Source: Candidatus Sumerlaeota bacterium (GTDB lineage Bacteria; Sumerlaeota; Sumerlaeia; SLMS01). From it: a stretch of DNA of 45,574 nt. Numbering within the stretch: position 1 is the first letter of the stretch; every line of letters starts with the position of its first letter. Positions 43,817 through 45,574 of this stretch are shown in pieces. The position numbers and the translations under genes are program-made. A model generated the notes under the pieces. That model made no database searches, was not told the origin of the DNA, and saw only the letters and a program-made list of their open reading frames with translations. The stretch lies in contig SLOM01000150.1 of NCBI GenBank assembly GCA_007132505.1, positions 1 through 45,574 of the forward strand, given 5' to 3'.

Positions 43817-45574
43817 TCAGGAAACGAAATACTTCTCCACCATTTCGGTGGCGAGTTCAGGCGTGATTTCGCTGCCGCCGAGCTCCTTCAGCGTGAGGAG
43901 CTGATTGAAGGCACCCTTGAGCTCACGCACGTTCGTGGCAAGCCGTTCCGCGAGCACTTCAAGCACCTCCTCGTCCAGTTCCACGCCGTGGCGCTTGGCC
44001 TCCTTGCCGAGGATGGCCAGCCGGGTTTCGAAATCGGGTGACTGTATATCCACGATGACACCCTGGCCGAAGCGGGACCGCAGCCGCATGTCAAGGTGGG
44101 CGATGTCCTTCGGGGGCCTGTCCGAGCTGACCACAATCTGGCGCCGCGCCTGGAAGAGCATGTTGAAGATGTGGAAGAACTCCTCCTGACTGCGTTCCTT
44201 TCCAGCGAGGAACTGCACGTCGTCCAGCAGGAGGACGTCCGCTTTGCGGTACTTGTTGCGGAAGGCGGTTGTCTTGTTCGTCTCGATGGCCTCCACCAGT
44301 TCCGTGGTGAAGTACTCGGTGCTTCCATAGACGATCCGGGTCTTGGGCTTCTGCTTGAGAAGCTCGTTGGCGATCGCATGCAGCAGGTGGGTCTTGCCGA
44401 GGCCCACGTCCGAGTAGAGGAAGAGCGGATTGCGGGCGGAGCCGGGCTGGCGGGCGACGGCGCGTGCCGTTGCGTAGGCGAAGTTGTTCTTCGAGCCCAC
44501 GACGAAGGAGTCGAAGTCGTACTCCTCCAGGATGCCAAGGCCCGGGGAATCCTCGGTACTTGCCGCGCGGGCGGCGGTAGCGGAGGCCACGGCGGCCCCG
44601 GCCGGAGAGGCGTCCAGCAGGTCCTCCAGCTCACGGTACTCGGCAAGGGCTTCGTCCTTCTTGCCCATGTTGTCGAGCAGCCGCGCCTTGGCGCGCCGGG
44701 CACGTACATGGCGGGAATCCTCGGCAAGCACCCCGTCCAGCAGCTTGAGGGCCTTCTCGTTCTTCTTCTTTCCGGTGAGGAGGCCTGCGAGTTCCACGGT
44801 TTCCGTCAGCGCCTCGTCGTGCCTTCCCTGGGACTCGAGTTCCGTTATGAGGAGTTGGCGCGGCTCGGGCGCCTCGGGCTTGAGGGCGGCTGCCTCGCGA
44901 AGCGCGGCCAGCACACCGGCCTGGTCGCCCTCCTCCTGCAGGACGGCGGCGAGCCGGCGCAGCTCTGCCATGGCGTCCTCGGTCCGCCCGGCCCTCCGCA
45001 TCAGGGCGACGATGTGCCGCCGGGCCTCATGATTGCCGGGCTCCTCCTCCAGCACCTCGCGCAGAATCTCGACAGCCTGATCCGGCCGGCCCGCCTCCTC
45101 GTGCACGGTGGCCATTCTGCGCAGGAGCTGGTGTGCCTCGTCCTCCCGTCCCATGTCGCGGAGCAGGGCGACGTGGGCGCGGTTGACCTTCTCGTTGCCG
45201 GGGTCCAAGGCGTGCATTTCCTCGAACGCGGCCGCGGCGTCCTCCAGTTTCCGTGCCTTCTGGAGATGCTTGGCCAGGGCGAGGTACTGATCCATCGCCT
45301 CGGGCAGCCGGCCGGCATCCTGCAGGGCGCCGGTCAGCCCGGCCCGCAGCGGGATGCTCTCCGGTGCCTGCTTCACGGCCTCTTCGTATAGACGGAGGAC
45401 CTCTTCCTTGTCTCCGCGTTCCTCGTGCAGTTCGATGACCGCCTGCCATTCGGCCACGGCCTCCTCGCTGCGCCCGGCGGTCCGGTAGAGCGCCGCGAGG
45501 GCCTTGCGGAAGTCCGGCAGGCGGGCGTTCGTCTCGATCCAGCCCCGGAGCAGCCGGATCTTCTTCTCCGTCTC
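43817..45574 (-). CDS. TPR-repeat protein fused to a C-terminal DnaA-type AAA+ domain, lacking DnaA domain IV (5' end lies beyond the window)
   Basis: Frame is open to base 45574. TPR helices, then an Ala-rich linker, then YDFDSFVVGSKN, NPLFLYSDVGLGKTHLLHAI, LLLDDVQFL, KERSQEEFFH, SSDRPP, RLRSRF, NVRELKGA, and a stop about 30 aa later. Confidence 0.92.
   Translation of the reverse strand, partial: ETEKKIRLLRGWIETNARLPDFRKALAALYRTAGRSEEAVAEWQAVIELHEERGDKEEVLRLYEEAVKQAPESIPLRAGLTGALQDAGRLPEAMDQYLALAKHLQKARKLEDAAAAFEEMHALDPGNEKVNRAHVALLRDMGREDEAHQLLRRMATVHEEAGRPDQAVEILREVLEEEPGNHEARRHIVALMRRAGRTEDAMAELRRLAAVLQEEGDQAGVLAALREAAALKPEAPEPRQLLITELESQGRHDEALTETVELAGLLTGKKKNEKALKLLDGVLAEDSRHVRARRAKARLLDNMGKKDEALAEYRELEDLLDASPAGAAVASATAARAASTEDSPGLGILEEYDFDSFVVGSKNNFAYATARAVARQPGSARNPLFLYSDVGLGKTHLLHAIANELLKQKPKTRIVYGSTEYFTTELVEAIETNKTTAFRNKYRKADVLLLDDVQFLAGKERSQEEFFHIFNMLFQARRQIVVSSDRPPKDIAHLDMRLRSRFGQGVIVDIQSPDFETRLAILGKEAKRHGVELDEEVLEVLAERLATNVRELKGAFNQLLTLKELGGSEITPELATEMVEKYFVS

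Noticed and set aside
43817-44530. Calling the terminal gene dnaA or hda
   Set aside because: It has no domain IV, has TPRs directly upstream of the ATPase, and lacks dnaN or oriC context. It is too long for Hda and lacks its clamp-binding motif.
1-45574. tRNA, rRNA, tmRNA, SRP RNA, known riboswitches, prophage or IS elements
   Set aside because: No recognisable signatures were seen by eye in the intergenic regions, and there is no integrase or transposase ORF. An Rfam/tRNAscan run would be needed to exclude them formally.

Overview
High-GC bacterial chromosomal segment, densely coding (about 45 genes). I found no rRNA, tRNA, CRISPR array, transposase or phage gene. Most genes are housekeeping: gltX, blc, rsfS/yqeK, recA, M16 peptidase, NtrC-type regulator, hflKC, aroK/aroE, carD-rpiA-purQ, coaBC, gmk, an ABC-F (Uup-like) gene and rsmD. 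Type IV pilus parts are scattered (PilX-like, short secretin-like, pilC, pilD), and there are several secreted proteins of unknown function. The lineage could be Ca. Sumerlaeota (BRC1) or a similar candidate phylum; this is a weak inference from protein style only. The strongest lead is at the right end. A large TPR-repeat protein, cut by the window edge, ends in a nearly canonical DnaA AAA+ domain that keeps the Walker B, sensor, arginine-finger and ssDNA-binding residues but has no DNA-binding domain IV. It is the first visible gene of a tightly coupled operon with a SHOCT-like single-pass membrane protein, a 701-aa exported helical protein, a DUF374 acyltransferase-like gene and rsmD. The second lead is a 102-bp intergenic element present twice (55-156 and 13859-13960, 85/102 identical, ungapped) that keeps the same two-hairpin fold, each copy upstream of a + strand gene. 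Other leads are an atypical CarD, promoters with a near-consensus -35 but a non-canonical -10, a probable CTG-start gene after recA, and a tandem cohesin-like protein with a C-terminal W-x-x-Y tail. All family assignments come from motif recognition by eye; no searches were run.
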